Assembly (NCBI GenBank): GCA_900552685.1
Contig: USAJ01000001.1
Coordinates: 10,195 to 74,194 of the forward strand
Direction: 5' to 3'
Source of the DNA: an uncultured Collinsella sp.
GTDB taxonomy: Bacteria; Actinomycetota; Coriobacteriia; Coriobacteriales; Coriobacteriaceae
DNA length: 64,000 bases
A program made the translations under genes and the position numbers. This document shows, piece by piece, positions 22,960 to 34,651 of the stretch (its first letter is position 1; each line of letters opens with the position of its first letter). A model generated the notes under the pieces. The model was not told the origin of the DNA. It ran no database searches and saw only the letters and a program-made list of their open reading frames with translations.

Positions 22960-23877
22960 ATGGATCTGCCCATCAGCTTGCAAGACATCACGTATGCCGA
23001 GAACTATCTGGCGCAGGGCGACCTGGCTACGGCGACGCCGCTGCTGGAGCGTCTGGTGGAGCTCGCCGAGGAGTATATCGACGCCGAGTGCAAGACGGAG
23101 GAGAAGCGCCAATACTTTAGCTTCGATAGCAAGTTTGAGCGCTTGGCCTATCGCCGCGTGGAGAAGGATCCGCGCGAGCTCGTGCAGGTCGAGGTGCCTT
23201 TTGACCGCCTGTACTCTGACATGGCGTTTGCCTACATTCGTCAGCAGGATTATGTGAGCGCTCGCAATGCCCTGATGCAGGCCGTGCGTTGGGACCCCAT
23301 GAACTGCAACTATCGCTTGGATTTGGCCGAGCTGTTCCGCGCTCTCGAGGACAAGCAGGAGTGGGCTTCGCTTTCGTTTTCGGTGCTAGAGCGCGCGAGC
23401 GATGGCAAGTGCGCCGCCCGCGCTTACGCCAATCTGGGTCAGTATTTCTTGGAGCCCGAGACCGAGAACATTTCGGCTGCCGTGGGCTGCGCGCGTCTGG
23501 CGCTGCGCCTGGCGCCCAACGATGCGCATACGACGCGCCTGCTCAACAAGATCCATACTACCTATCCGGATGCCGCCGAGGAGAGCGACGAGCACGTGAT
23601 GGGCGAGCTGGCGTTGCAAGGCGTTCCGACCTCACCTTCGGCCGAGATTGCCATCTGCCTGATTATGTGCGCGACCGATGCCGCAAGCGACGGCGACAAG
23701 CAGGAGGCGACGCGCCTGACGGTGCGTGCTCGCGACTTGGTGGGCGAGGAAGCCTGCGCGGCGATTATCAAACTGGTGCGCGAGAGCGATGCTGAGCTCA
23801 ATGCCGAGCGCAAGGCAAAGCGCGAGGCTGCGGGCTCAAACGCCGATGGCGCCAAGGAGGCCGGCGATGCCCAGTAA
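22960..23877 (+). CDS. Tetratricopeptide-repeat-like protein
   Basis: Helical TPR-like motifs (ALMQAVRWDPMN, AYANLGQY, ALRLAPND); GGAG RBS. Confidence 0.7.
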   Translation: MDLPISLQDITYAENYLAQGDLATATPLLERLVELAEEYIDAECKTEEKRQYFSFDSKFERLAYRRVEKDPRELVQVEVPFDRLYSDMAFAYIRQQDYVSARNALMQAVRWDPMNCNYRLDLAELFRALEDKQEWASLSFSVLERASDGKCAARAYANLGQYFLEPETENISAAVGCARLALRLAPNDAHTTRLLNKIHTTYPDAAEESDEHVMGELALQGVPTSPSAEIAICLIMCATDAASDGDKQEATRLTVRARDLVGEEACAAIIKLVRESDAELNAERKAKREAAGSNADGAKEAGDAQ

Positions 23878-24337
23878 GCGCGAGCGCAAGCTCATTTCCA
23901 AGAATCGCTCGGCACATCACGAGTACTTTATCGATGAGACCTTTGAGTGCGGCATTGAACTGAGCGGCACCGAGGTCAAGTCGATTCGCGAGCGCGCCTG
24001 CCAGATCACCGATACCTTCGCGCTGATCCGCGGCGGGGAGTGCTGGCTCGTCGGCCTGCATATCCACCCTTATAGCCATGGTGGCGTGTGGAATCGCGAT
24101 CCCGACCGTCGGCGTCGTCTGCTGCTGCACCGCAAGGAGATCGACTTTCTTGACGGTAAACTTCGCAACCGTGGTTATGCGCTGGTTCCGTTGGAGCTCT
24201 ACTTTAATACGGACGGCCGCGTAAAGCTGCTGCTGGGTCTGGGTCGCGGCAAGAAGCTCTACGACAAGCGCGAGGACATGGCCAAGCGTGATGTCCAACG
24301 CGAGATCGACCGCGCCCTTAAGGAACGCAACCGCTAG
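23867..24337 (+). CDS. smpB: SsrA-binding protein SmpB
   Basis: KNRSAHHEY, GIELSGTEVKSIR, LLLHRKEI, GKKLYDKRE. Confidence 0.96.
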   Translation: MPSKRERKLISKNRSAHHEYFIDETFECGIELSGTEVKSIRERACQITDTFALIRGGECWLVGLHIHPYSHGGVWNRDPDRRRRLLLHRKEIDFLDGKLRNRGYALVPLELYFNTDGRVKLLLGLGRGKKLYDKREDMAKRDVQREIDRALKERNR

Positions 24338-24349
24338 GCACTCTATATA

Positions 24350-24416
24350 AGTTGCGGTGGAATACGGATTGTTTTGCCTGTTTGAGGGGCTATTCAGTCC
24401 CTATTTCACCGCAACT
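24350..24416. repeat. Family B palindromic element
   Basis: AGTTGCGGTGGAATACGGATTG-N23-CAGTCCCTATTTCACCGCAACT. Confidence 0.85.
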
Positions 24417-24543
24417 GCGGGCGCCTCATCTTGCTTGCTGTTTTGACACATATGTCTCAAAGGCGGCGTCCGTTATGGGTGCCGCCTTTTTTGTGGGTAC
24501 ATACATCCATGAGGTTCAATCCTGGGTTAGGGGAGTGATCGTT

Positions 24544-25047
24544 ATGGACAAAACTGCGTTCTTTACGATGCCGAGCGGCCTGTATGTGGTGGGTGCCGCG
24601 GCCGACGGGCTGCGTGCCGGCTGCGTTATCAACACAGCGGTGCAGGTGACATCCGCCCCGCCGCGCATCTCGGTTGCCGTGAACAAGGACAATGTCACCT
24701 CGGGCGTCATCGCATCGGCCAAAGCGTTCGCGCTGACCGTGATCGATCAGACCGCCGATATGCTCTACATCGGTAACTTTGGGTTCCGCACCAGCAGCGA
24801 TTATGACAAGTTTGCCAAATACGAGACCCGCGAGACGGCTCTGGGCATGCCCTATGTGCCCGAGCACGCGGCGGCCCTGTTTAGCTGCCGTTTGATCGAC
24901 ACTGTGGATGTGGGCACGCACCTGCTCTTTATCGGCGAGGTGGAGGATGCCGAGCGCCTGAGCGACGAGACGCCGCTGACGTACGACTACTATCACAAGG
25001 TGCTAAAGGGCAAGACGCCGCCCAAAGCCTCGTCGTATCAAGGCTAG
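24544..25047 (+). CDS. Flavin reductase-like protein (resembles the N-terminal domain of high-molecular-weight rubredoxin)
   Basis: SGLYVVG, GCVINT, FGFRTS..DKF, DVGTHLLFIG, YYHKVLKGKTP. Confidence 0.85.
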   Translation: MDKTAFFTMPSGLYVVGAAADGLRAGCVINTAVQVTSAPPRISVAVNKDNVTSGVIASAKAFALTVIDQTADMLYIGNFGFRTSSDYDKFAKYETRETALGMPYVPEHAAALFSCRLIDTVDVGTHLLFIGEVEDAERLSDETPLTYDYYHKVLKGKTPPKASSYQG

Positions 25048-25135
25048 AAATGTTCTAAAAATACTTGCATTATGTTATTGAGAATATATACTAATAAGTA
25101 AGTACACCAGCAGTCACGTTCGAGAGGAGAACATC

Positions 25136-25279
25136 ATGGCTGAGGAGAAGAAGACGTATAAGTTTGTGTGCACCGTTTGCGGTTACGAAGTTGAGGTCGA
25201 CACGCCCGAGCTGCCCGAGGACTACGTGTGCCCGGTGTGCGGCGTCGGTCCCGATCAGTTTGAGCTCGTCGAGGAGTAA
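25136..25279 (+). CDS. Rubredoxin (47 aa; not in the ORF track)
   Basis: [47 protein letters not shown]; two CxxC; AGGAG RBS. Confidence 0.92.
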   Translation: MAEEKKTYKFVCTVCGYEVEVDTPELPEDYVCPVCGVGPDQFELVEE

Positions 25280-25320
25280 CTCGTAGACACGCGGCGATTA
25301 GCTATACAGAGCTCTGTCCA

Positions 25321-25356
25321 AGGGCCCCGGTCGAATTCTCGGCCGGGGCCCTTTTC
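25321..25356 (+). terminator. Terminator after rubredoxin
   Basis: AGGGCCCCGGTCGA-ATTC-TCGGCCGGGGCCCT-TTT. Confidence 0.7.
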
Positions 25357-25417
25357 TTCCGCCCCCAAGGGATCACGGCTGCTGTTAGCTGATCCTGTCT
25401 GTCGTGAGTCCGGCCGA

Positions 25418-25561
25418 CCGTTTGTCTCAATCTGTAACATCTGGCAGTGAAAACGGGGTCTACGTGTTACAGATTGAGACAAACGGAGCTGTCCCTCGGA
25501 ATGATCTCGATCTGTAACATCTAGACATCAAAAGCGGGTCTAGATGTTACAGATCGAGACG
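25418..25561. repeat. Family A array, two units
   Basis: TGTCTCAATCTGTAAC-N27-GTTACAGATTGAGACA and a second unit 80 bp later. Confidence 0.92.
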
Positions 25562-25587
25562 TTTGACTGGGCGGGCATGCGGCTTCG

Positions 25588-26844
25588 TTACATCCCTGTC
25601 AACAACACGACATCGAGAATCGTCACGATGGCACCGATCCCTACGAGCAGCGCGTTGAGCGGGCGCGAGTTGGCGTATTTGCCCATAACGCGGGGCGAAC
25701 TGGTGAGTCGTATGAGCACAAAGACCGTAATCGGCAACTGAAGCGACAACAGCGCCTGACTCCAGATGAGACCCTCAAAAGGATTCGGGACGATCAGGCA
25801 CGCCGCCACTGCGCCGACGAAACAGACCGCCACTCCAATCGATGAGTGCCGGTCGTGGATGTCGTATTCCTCGTCGAACATGCCCGCGGTGATGGTGCCT
25901 GCCGCCATGCCTGCCGTCACACTACTCGAGAGGCCCGCAAACAGCAGCGCCACCGCAAAGATTGTCGAGCTTGCTGGGCCCAGAATGGGGGAGAGCGTGT
26001 CCGCTGCGACGGCGAGGTCGTCTACGACAATGCCGTGCGCAAAGAAGGTCGTTGCGGCCAGGATGACCATGGCCGAGTTGATTGCCCAGCCCACGCCCAT
26101 CGAAAAGAGCGTGTCGAAGAGCTCATAGCGCAGACGCTCTTCGATAACCTGCTCGCCTTGGCCTTCGAAGTGCATGGATTGGATGACCTCGGAGTGTAGA
26201 AAGAGGTTGTGGGGCATAACGACCGCACCCAGGACACTCACGATAATCGCGGCAGAGCCAGTGGGCATACTGGGCGTGATCCAGCTTGCGGCGGCTTGCG
26301 GCCAGTCGACCTTGACTAGTGCAAGCTCGGCCAAAAACGAGAGTCCTACCACGCCTACGAAGGCGATAATCCAGCGCTCGGCACGCTTGTAGGAGCTCGT
26401 CATGAGCATCGCCATCGATACTGCTGCCACGATGACGCAGCCGGCACGCACGGGCAGTCCAAAGAGCATCTGGAGCGCAATCGCGCCGCCCAGGATCTCG
26501 GCCATGGCGGTGGCGATGGTCGCGAGGTAGGCACTGGCGAGCACCGTGCGCCCAACGAAGCGGGGGAGAAAGCGGGTCGTGGCCTCGGCAAGGCAGGCGC
26601 CCGTGGCGATGCCCAAGTGCGCCGCGTTGTGCTGCAGCACGATGAGCATGATCGTGGACAGCGTGACGATCCACAGCAGCGCGTAGCCAAACTGCGAGCC
26701 GGCGGCCATGTTGGAGGCCCAGTTGCCCGGATCGATAAAGCCGACGGTCACGAGAAGCCCGGGGCCGATATGCCGTGCAATGTCTAGGCCTCCGTGACCG
26801 CCGGTGCGGTGCGAGCCAAAGTGTTGTTTGAGATGGTTGAGCAT
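25588..26844 (-). CDS. mntH: Nramp family divalent metal (Mn/Fe) transporter
   Basis: GFIDPGNW, GAVVMPHNLFLHS. Confidence 0.9.
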   Translation of the reverse strand: MLNHLKQHFGSHRTGGHGGLDIARHIGPGLLVTVGFIDPGNWASNMAAGSQFGYALLWIVTLSTIMLIVLQHNAAHLGIATGACLAEATTRFLPRFVGRTVLASAYLATIATAMAEILGGAIALQMLFGLPVRAGCVIVAAVSMAMLMTSSYKRAERWIIAFVGVVGLSFLAELALVKVDWPQAAASWITPSMPTGSAAIIVSVLGAVVMPHNLFLHSEVIQSMHFEGQGEQVIEERLRYELFDTLFSMGVGWAINSAMVILAATTFFAHGIVVDDLAVAADTLSPILGPASSTIFAVALLFAGLSSSVTAGMAAGTITAGMFDEEYDIHDRHSSIGVAVCFVGAVAACLIVPNPFEGLIWSQALLSLQLPITVFVLIRLTSSPRVMGKYANSRPLNALLVGIGAIVTILDVVLLTGM

Positions 26845-26919
26845 GGCTGGTTCCTACGTTGGGGTGGCGTGGCGCTGCACTTGGGTTGCGCGGCGCCACG
26901 CCCTGGGTTTAGGTTTGGG

Positions 26920-27693
26920 CTACTTGTGCGCTTTGCCTTGGTTGGCCACGGCGTCGATCTTGGCGGCGATGGTCGCCGGGTCGCCGATGTAGCGCTTGTC
27001 GAGGACGTTGAAATCGGCATCGAAGATGTAGACGAGCGGCACGCCGGTGGGGATGTTGACCTTGAGGATCTCCTCGGGCGTGAGGTGCTCGAACTTCATG
27101 ACGAGAGAGCGCAGGGAGTTGCCGTGTGCGGCGATGAGTACGCGCTTGCCGGCGAGCATCTGGGGGCGAATCTCGTCTTCGAAATAAGGCCAGGCACGGG
27201 CTATCGTGTCCTTGAGGCACTCGGTGTAGGGCAGCTGGTCGGGTGCGACATCACGGTATTGCTCCTGGGTGTGGGGATCGCGCGCGTCGTTCGGCTCGAG
27301 TGCCGGCGGGCAGATATCGAAGGAGCGGCGCCAGATGAGCACCTGTTCGTCGCCGTGCTCCGCCGCGGCATCGGCCTTGTTGAGACCCTGCAACGCGCCG
27401 TAGTGGCGCTCGTTGAGCTTCCAGGATTTGATGACGGGCAGCCACTCGCGATCCATCTGGCCGAGCACGATGTTGAGGGTGTGGATCGCGCGCTTGAGGC
27501 GCGAAGTGTAGCAGACGTCAAAGTCGAAACCGGCTTCTTTGAGGGCTCGACCGCCTGCGGCGGCTTCTTCGCGGCCCGTGTCGGTGAGCTCAACATCGGT
27601 CCAGCCGGTGAACAGGTTGAGTTTGTTCCACTCGGATTCTCCGTGACGGATAAGGACAAGTTGCATCGTCTGTTGGTCTGTCTGGCATGCCAT
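26920..27693 (-). CDS. gpmA: 2,3-bisphosphoglycerate-dependent phosphoglycerate mutase
   Basis: LIRHGESEWN, LNERHYGALQG, AAHGNSLR; AAGGAGG precedes ATG 27693. Confidence 0.95.
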   Translation of the reverse strand: MACQTDQQTMQLVLIRHGESEWNKLNLFTGWTDVELTDTGREEAAAGGRALKEAGFDFDVCYTSRLKRAIHTLNIVLGQMDREWLPVIKSWKLNERHYGALQGLNKADAAAEHGDEQVLIWRRSFDICPPALEPNDARDPHTQEQYRDVAPDQLPYTECLKDTIARAWPYFEDEIRPQMLAGKRVLIAAHGNSLRSLVMKFEHLTPEEILKVNIPTGVPLVYIFDADFNVLDKRYIGDPATIAAKIDAVANQGKAHK

Positions 27694-27829
27694 GGGGCCT
27701 CCTTGATCTGGCACGGCGCGCGTGCCGTTTGCTTGACGCCGCAAAGGATACCCGTTTTAGGCTCAAAAGTTAACCAAGACTAACAAAATTGTTGTATTTG
27801 AATAGGATGGTGAAAGGGGATTGCTGAAA

Positions 27830-27888
27830 TGTCTTGATCTGTAACAACTAGGGATGGTAATTGGGTCTTCCTGTTACAGATTGAGATG
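27830..27888. repeat. Family A, single unit
   Basis: TGTCTTGATCTGTAAC-N27-GTTACAGATTGAGATG. Confidence 0.9.
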
Positions 27889-28071
27889 TTTGAAGCGGTG
27901 AGCTTGCAGGCCGAACTTGGGGCCTATGTTGTCGCCCTTGAGGTCGGCGGTGTCCACTCGTAGGGCGTGCGTTACGCGATTGTTTCGAAACGGGTGGGAA
28001 ACACAACAGGCCGGCGATGCTCCTAGTATGCCTATTCAACTGACTGTCTAAATATCTAGGGGAGGATCGCG

Positions 28072-31000
28072 ATGCAGGCAGATTCCGCTCAGCAGCAGGG
28101 CCTTTATCGCCCCGAATTCGACCACGATGCATGTGGCATCGGCGCGCTTGCCGATATCAACGGCGAGCGCCATCACCAGATCCTGGACGACGCACTGTCC
28201 ATTCTGGTTAACTTGGAGCACCGCGGTGGTACGGGACTCGAGAAGAACACCGGCGACGGCGCCGGCATCCTGTTTCAGGTTCCGCATCACTTTTTCCGCA
28301 AAGAGGCTCAAAAGTGCGGCCAGATTCTGCCGGCAGAGGGCGACTATGGCGTGGCCATGCTGTTCTTCCCGCAGGACGACAAGGGCGTAGAGGATGCCCG
28401 TCGCGTGTTTGAGGAGGGCTGCGCCGAGGCTGGCGTGCCGCTGCTCTTTTGGCGCGAGGTGCCGGTCGACCCGCACGACCTGGGCGAGACGGCCCGCGCC
28501 TGTATGCCCACTATCCTGCAGGCCTTCCTGGGCCGTCCGGACGACACGCCGGCGGGCGACGCCTTCGAGCGCCGTCTGTATGTGTGCCGCCGCACCATCG
28601 AAAAGAAGGCCGACGCTGAGTTCGCCCTGCGCGACAAGATCTTCTATGTGTGCTCCATGAGCTCGCGCACCATCGTGTACAAGGGCATGCTTGTTGCCAC
28701 GCAGATGCGCCGCTTCTTCATCGACCTCAACGACGCCGCCGTCAAAACGGCCGTGGCACTCGTCCACTCGCGCTACTCCACCAACACTACGCCCAGCTGG
28801 GAGCGCGCGCACCCCAACCGCTTTATCATCCACAACGGCGAGATCAATACCCTCAAGGGCAACGTCAACTGGATTCGCGCCCGCGAACCCAACCTGTACA
28901 GCCCCGTGCTGCAGCACGATCTTGAGCGCGTGATGCCCATCATCAACCGCGAGGGTTCCGACTCCGCGATTCTGGACAATGTGCTTGAGTTCCTGGTCAT
29001 GAACGGTCGCCCGCTTACGCGTGCCGCGTCCATGCTGCTGCCCGAGCCGTGGGACCACAACGACAGCCTGAGTGAGGAACGCCGCGCCTACGATGCCTAC
29101 CAGTCCATGCTCATGGAGCCGTGGGATGGCCCGGCGGCCATCGCCTTTACCGACGGTCGCACGCTGGGTGCCGCCCTCGACCGTAACGGCCTGCGTCCCG
29201 CCCGCTACTATGTGACGCGCGACGGTCGCTTTATGCTGGCAAGCGAGGTGGGCACCATCGAGGTGAGCCCCGAGAACATCCTGACGAGCGGCTGTCTGGG
29301 ACCGGGCCAGATGCTCGAGGTTGACTTTGCCCGCGGCTGCGTGATCTACAACGATGAGCTGCGCGCCCGCTATGCCAAGGAAAAACCCTACCGCGACTGG
29401 ATTGCCGAGGAGACGCTGACCGTTGACGCGCTCGATGAGCCCGTCGCGCCCACGCCCGCCGAGGATACCGAGGTGCCCGCCGCCGTGCGCATGGCCAAGC
29501 TCGGGTATCACTGGGATGATGTTGACGAAGTCGTGCGTCCCATGGCCCAGCAGGGCAAGGCGCCGCTCGCCTCGATGGGTATCGATGCGCCGCTGGCCTG
29601 CCTGTCCAAGAAGACGCGCTCATTCTTCGACTACTTCTATCAGCTGTTCGCTCAGGTCACGAACCCGCCGATCGACGCCCTGCGCGAGCATATGGTCACT
29701 TCGACCACGCTCTACCTGGGCAACCACGGTAACCTGCTCGAGGACTCCCGTACGGCCTGCCAGCTGGTGCGCCTGGAGCGTCCGCTGCTGAGCGAGGAGG
29801 AGTTCGAGCGTATCTGCGCCATCGACCGCGTGGGCTTTAAGACCCGCCGTTTCCGTGCCGTCTACCGCCGCGATGCCGGCGAGGGTGCGCTGCAGGCTGC
29901 GCTCAAGCAGCTTGCAGAGGACGTTGAGGCCGCGGTTCGCGACGGCGTGAACATCGTGGTGTTGAGCGATCGCGCCGCTGCGGGCGAGGTGCCCGTACCG
30001 TCGCTGCTCGCCGTGGGCTGCGTGCACAACCACCTGATCCGCGCCGGCGTGCGTACCTTTGCCGACATCGTGGTGGAGTGTGGCGACGCCGTGTCCCCGC
30101 ACGACTTTGCGGCGCTGGTGGGCTACTCCGCGAGCGGCATCTATCCGTACAACGCGCATGCGTGCATTCGCGACTTGGCGACGCACGGCGATCTGGACGT
30201 GACAGCTGAGCAGGGCATCGCCAACTACAACAAGGCTGCGACCGCCGGCATCGTCTCCATCATGTCCAAGATGGGCATCTCCACGGTGCAGAGCTACCAC
30301 TCCGCGCAGATCTTCGAGGCCGTGGGCTTCACTCCGGAGTTCGTCAACGCGTACTTCGCCGGCACGGTGAGCCGTGTGGGCGGTATGGGTGTCGAGGACG
30401 TCGAGCGCGAGCAGAATGAGCGCTACGACGCCGCGCTCGCTATCCTTAAGAGCCCGGCTCCCGATCAGCTGCCCACGTTGGGCCTGACCAAGTGGCGCCC
30501 GCTCGGCGGCGAGGATCACCTCATCGATCCGCAGACTGTCTACTTGCTGCAGACCGCCTGCTGTGAGGACAGCTACGACACCTTTAAGGAGTACAGCGCC
30601 CGCCTGCACCGCACCGGCCGTGCTGTGCGCCTGCGTGACCTGCTGGACTTTAATGCCAGCGGTCGCACGCCGGTTTCGCTCGACGAGGTCGAGCCCGCGC
30701 TCAACATCGTCCGCCGCTTTAACACCGGCGCCATGTCGTACGGCTCCATCAGCAAGGAAGCACACGAGTGCATGGCCATCGCCATGAACCGCCTGCACGG
30801 CCGTTCCAACTCGGGCGAGGGCGGCGAGGACCCGCGTCGCGAGACCCCGCTGGCTAACGGTGACTCCAAGAACTCCGCCATCAAGCAGGTGGCAAGCGCG
30901 CGCTTTGGCGTGACGAGCCGCTACCTGTGCAGCGCCTTCGAGATTCAGATCAAGATGGCCCAGGGCGCCAAGCCCGGCGAGGGCGGTCACCTGCCCGGCA

Positions 31001-32748
31001 AGAAGGTCTACCCTTGGATTGCCGAGGTCCGTCAGTCCACACCCGGTATCGGCCTGATCTCGCCTCCGCCGCACCACGACATCTACTCCATCGAGGACCT
31101 GGCGGAGCTTATCTTCGATCTTAAGAACGCCAACCCCGGCGCACGCGTGTCGGTCAAGCTGGTCAGCGAGGCCGGCGTTGGCACCATCGCCACCGGTGTG
31201 GCCAAGGGTGCCGCCGACAAGATCTTGATCAGCGGCCACAACGGCGGCTCCGGTGCTGCGGCGCGCGATTCGATCTGGCACGCCGGTCTGCCGCTGGAGC
31301 TTGGCCTTGCCGAGGCTCAACAGACGTTGCTGCAAAACGGCCTGCGCTCGCGCGTGGTACTCGAGGCCGACGGCAAGCTCATGGACGGCACCGACGTCGC
31401 CGTCGCCTGCCTGCTGGGTGCCGAGGAGTTTGGCTTTGCGACCATGCCGCTCATCTCCATGGGCTGCCTTATGCAGCGCGACTGCCAGCAGGATACCTGC
31501 CCGGCCGGCATCGCCACGCAAAACTGCCGCCTGCGTCGCGGCTTCCGCGGCAAGCCCGAGCACGTCGAACACTTTATGCTCTTTGTTGCCGAGCAGCTGC
31601 GCGAGGTCATGGCGAGCCTGGGCTTCCGCACCGTCGACGAGATGGTCGGCCATCCCGAGTGCTTGCGGCAGATTGAGGTCCCGGGCAACCGCAAGGCCAA
31701 CCTGCTCGATCTGTCGCCCGTGCTGGCGAGCGCGACCTGCGAGTTCGGTGCCCACATCCCGGGTGCCGACGGTCGTCACTTCCTGCCGCAGATGGCTGCG
31801 GACAGTGAGCTCGACAAGACGCTCGACTCCACGTTGTTTGTGCCCTATACGGCCGATGCCCGTGCGCACCTGCGTCCGATTCGCTTCCGCGCCGATATCG
31901 CCAACGTCAACCGTTGCGTGGGCACCATCTTGGGCAACGCGGTGACCAAGGCGCATCCCGAGGGTCTGCCCGCCGGCTCCATCACCATCGATTGCGATGG
32001 TTCGGCCGGTCAGAGCTTTGGCGCCTTTCTGCCGCGCGGCATTACGCTCAACGTGTGCGGCGACGCCAACGACTACTTTGGCAAGGGCCTTTCGGGCGGC
32101 GAGGTGTCGGTGCGCCCCAACCCGCATGCGACCTACAAGTTCGACGAGAACATCATCGTGGGCAACGTTGCGTTCTTTGGCGCTACGAGTGGCCGCGGCT
32201 TCATTAACGGCCTGGCCGGCCAGCGCTTTGGCGTACGCAACTCCGGTGCCACGGTGGTGGTCGAGGGCTGCGGCAACCATGGCTGCGAGTACATGACGGG
32301 AGGTCTGGCGCTCATCCTGGGCGAGGTCGGGCAGAACTTCGCCGCCGGCATGACGGGCGGCGTGGCTTACGTCTTTGACCAGTACGGCACGCTCGATGCC
32401 CGTGTGAACCACGAGAGCGTTGAGCTTAAAGCCCCGACGGCCGGTGAGCTTGCGCAGATTCGTGCGCTCATCCAGGAGCACGTGGACGCGACGCAGAGCC
32501 CGCGCGGTATTAAGCTGCTCTACAGCTTTGAGACGATGAGCAAGCACTTTGTGAAGGTCATTCCAACCGAGTACGAGCGCGTGCTGGCGATTGTCGCCGC
32601 CGCCGAGGCCGTGGGCAAGACGCATGCGCAGGCCGAGGAGCTGGCGTTTGACATTGTGACCGGCCGCGCGAGTGCCGCGGATGTCGCTCGCTTTGATGTG
32701 GCGGGCGGCGCTGCCGGCTCTGTTGCTTCGACCAAGAAGGAGGCGTAA
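28072..32748 (+). CDS. gltB: Glutamate synthase large subunit
   Basis: HDACG, HSRYSTNT, QIKMAQGAKPGEGG, 3Fe-4S Cys motif. Confidence 0.97.
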   Translation: MQADSAQQQGLYRPEFDHDACGIGALADINGERHHQILDDALSILVNLEHRGGTGLEKNTGDGAGILFQVPHHFFRKEAQKCGQILPAEGDYGVAMLFFPQDDKGVEDARRVFEEGCAEAGVPLLFWREVPVDPHDLGETARACMPTILQAFLGRPDDTPAGDAFERRLYVCRRTIEKKADAEFALRDKIFYVCSMSSRTIVYKGMLVATQMRRFFIDLNDAAVKTAVALVHSRYSTNTTPSWERAHPNRFIIHNGEINTLKGNVNWIRAREPNLYSPVLQHDLERVMPIINREGSDSAILDNVLEFLVMNGRPLTRAASMLLPEPWDHNDSLSEERRAYDAYQSMLMEPWDGPAAIAFTDGRTLGAALDRNGLRPARYYVTRDGRFMLASEVGTIEVSPENILTSGCLGPGQMLEVDFARGCVIYNDELRARYAKEKPYRDWIAEETLTVDALDEPVAPTPAEDTEVPAAVRMAKLGYHWDDVDEVVRPMAQQGKAPLASMGIDAPLACLSKKTRSFFDYFYQLFAQVTNPPIDALREHMVTSTTLYLGNHGNLLEDSRTACQLVRLERPLLSEEEFERICAIDRVGFKTRRFRAVYRRDAGEGALQAALKQLAEDVEAAVRDGVNIVVLSDRAAAGEVPVPSLLAVGCVHNHLIRAGVRTFADIVVECGDAVSPHDFAALVGYSASGIYPYNAHACIRDLATHGDLDVTAEQGIANYNKAATAGIVSIMSKMGISTVQSYHSAQIFEAVGFTPEFVNAYFAGTVSRVGGMGVEDVEREQNERYDAALAILKSPAPDQLPTLGLTKWRPLGGEDHLIDPQTVYLLQTACCEDSYDTFKEYSARLHRTGRAVRLRDLLDFNASGRTPVSLDEVEPALNIVRRFNTGAMSYGSISKEAHECMAIAMNRLHGRSNSGEGGEDPRRETPLANGDSKNSAIKQVASARFGVTSRYLCSAFEIQIKMAQGAKPGEGGHLPGKKVYPWIAEVRQSTPGIGLISPPPHHDIYSIEDLAELIFDLKNANPGARVSVKLVSEAGVGTIATGVAKGAADKILISGHNGGSGAAARDSIWHAGLPLELGLAEAQQTLLQNGLRSRVVLEADGKLMDGTDVAVACLLGAEEFGFATMPLISMGCLMQRDCQQDTCPAGIATQNCRLRRGFRGKPEHVEHFMLFVAEQLREVMASLGFRTVDEMVGHPECLRQIEVPGNRKANLLDLSPVLASATCEFGAHIPGADGRHFLPQMAADSELDKTLDSTLFVPYTADARAHLRPIRFRADIANVNRCVGTILGNAVTKAHPEGLPAGSITIDCDGSAGQSFGAFLPRGITLNVCGDANDYFGKGLSGGEVSVRPNPHATYKFDENIIVGNVAFFGATSGRGFINGLAGQRFGVRNSGATVVVEGCGNHGCEYMTGGLALILGEVGQNFAAGMTGGVAYVFDQYGTLDARVNHESVELKAPTAGELAQIRALIQEHVDATQSPRGIKLLYSFETMSKHFVKVIPTEYERVLAIVAAAEAVGKTHAQAEELAFDIVTGRASAADVARFDVAGGAAGSVASTKKEA

Positions 32749-32753
32749 GTGCC

Positions 32754-34235
<1,482 letters not shown>

Positions 34236-34266
34236 GGCGGCTGTTCACAATTGAATCGTCAAGGGC

Positions 34267-34349
34267 TGTCCCCAACTGCCGGCACATAAGGAGCGTCCCC
34301 AAGTGCCGGCATGCTGGGGACGTTCCTTTTGGGTCGGCATTCGGGGACA
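34267..34349. repeat. Imperfect long inverted repeat with internal GTCCCCAA..TGCCGGCA duplication
   Basis: TGTCCCCAACTGCCGGCACATAAGGAGCGTCCCC ... GGGGACGTTCCTTTTGGGTCGGCATTCGGGGACA. Confidence 0.6.
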
Positions 34350-34651
34350 CTTCTTGCGGGTTTGCGACCGATTTGTTCGTTTGTCGACGCGCGAGTGTCC
34401 ATTCGGCGTCTTTTTGAGCTGTGGTCACCTGTTGTTTCTGTGGTGGCTGTGGGCATATGGCTCAAAAGGGCGGGTTGGCCGTCTATGTTTACCTGCGGTT
34501 TTATTGCGGTGCGCATTTTCGGTCAAGCATCCCGTCAAGTGTTTGGTCAGCAGTTGGTTTGCAGCCGGAGGCCTATTTTGTCCGTGCTGACAGTGGCTGC
34601 CCACCCTCCTCGTAAGCTCAAATTGAGGTTCATCAGTTTGAGGAGGATGCC

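Noticed and set aside
24338..24540. tmRNA (ssrA) after smpB
   Set aside because: No tRNA-like GGGG...TCCACCA ends and too little space; the region holds a Family B repeat.
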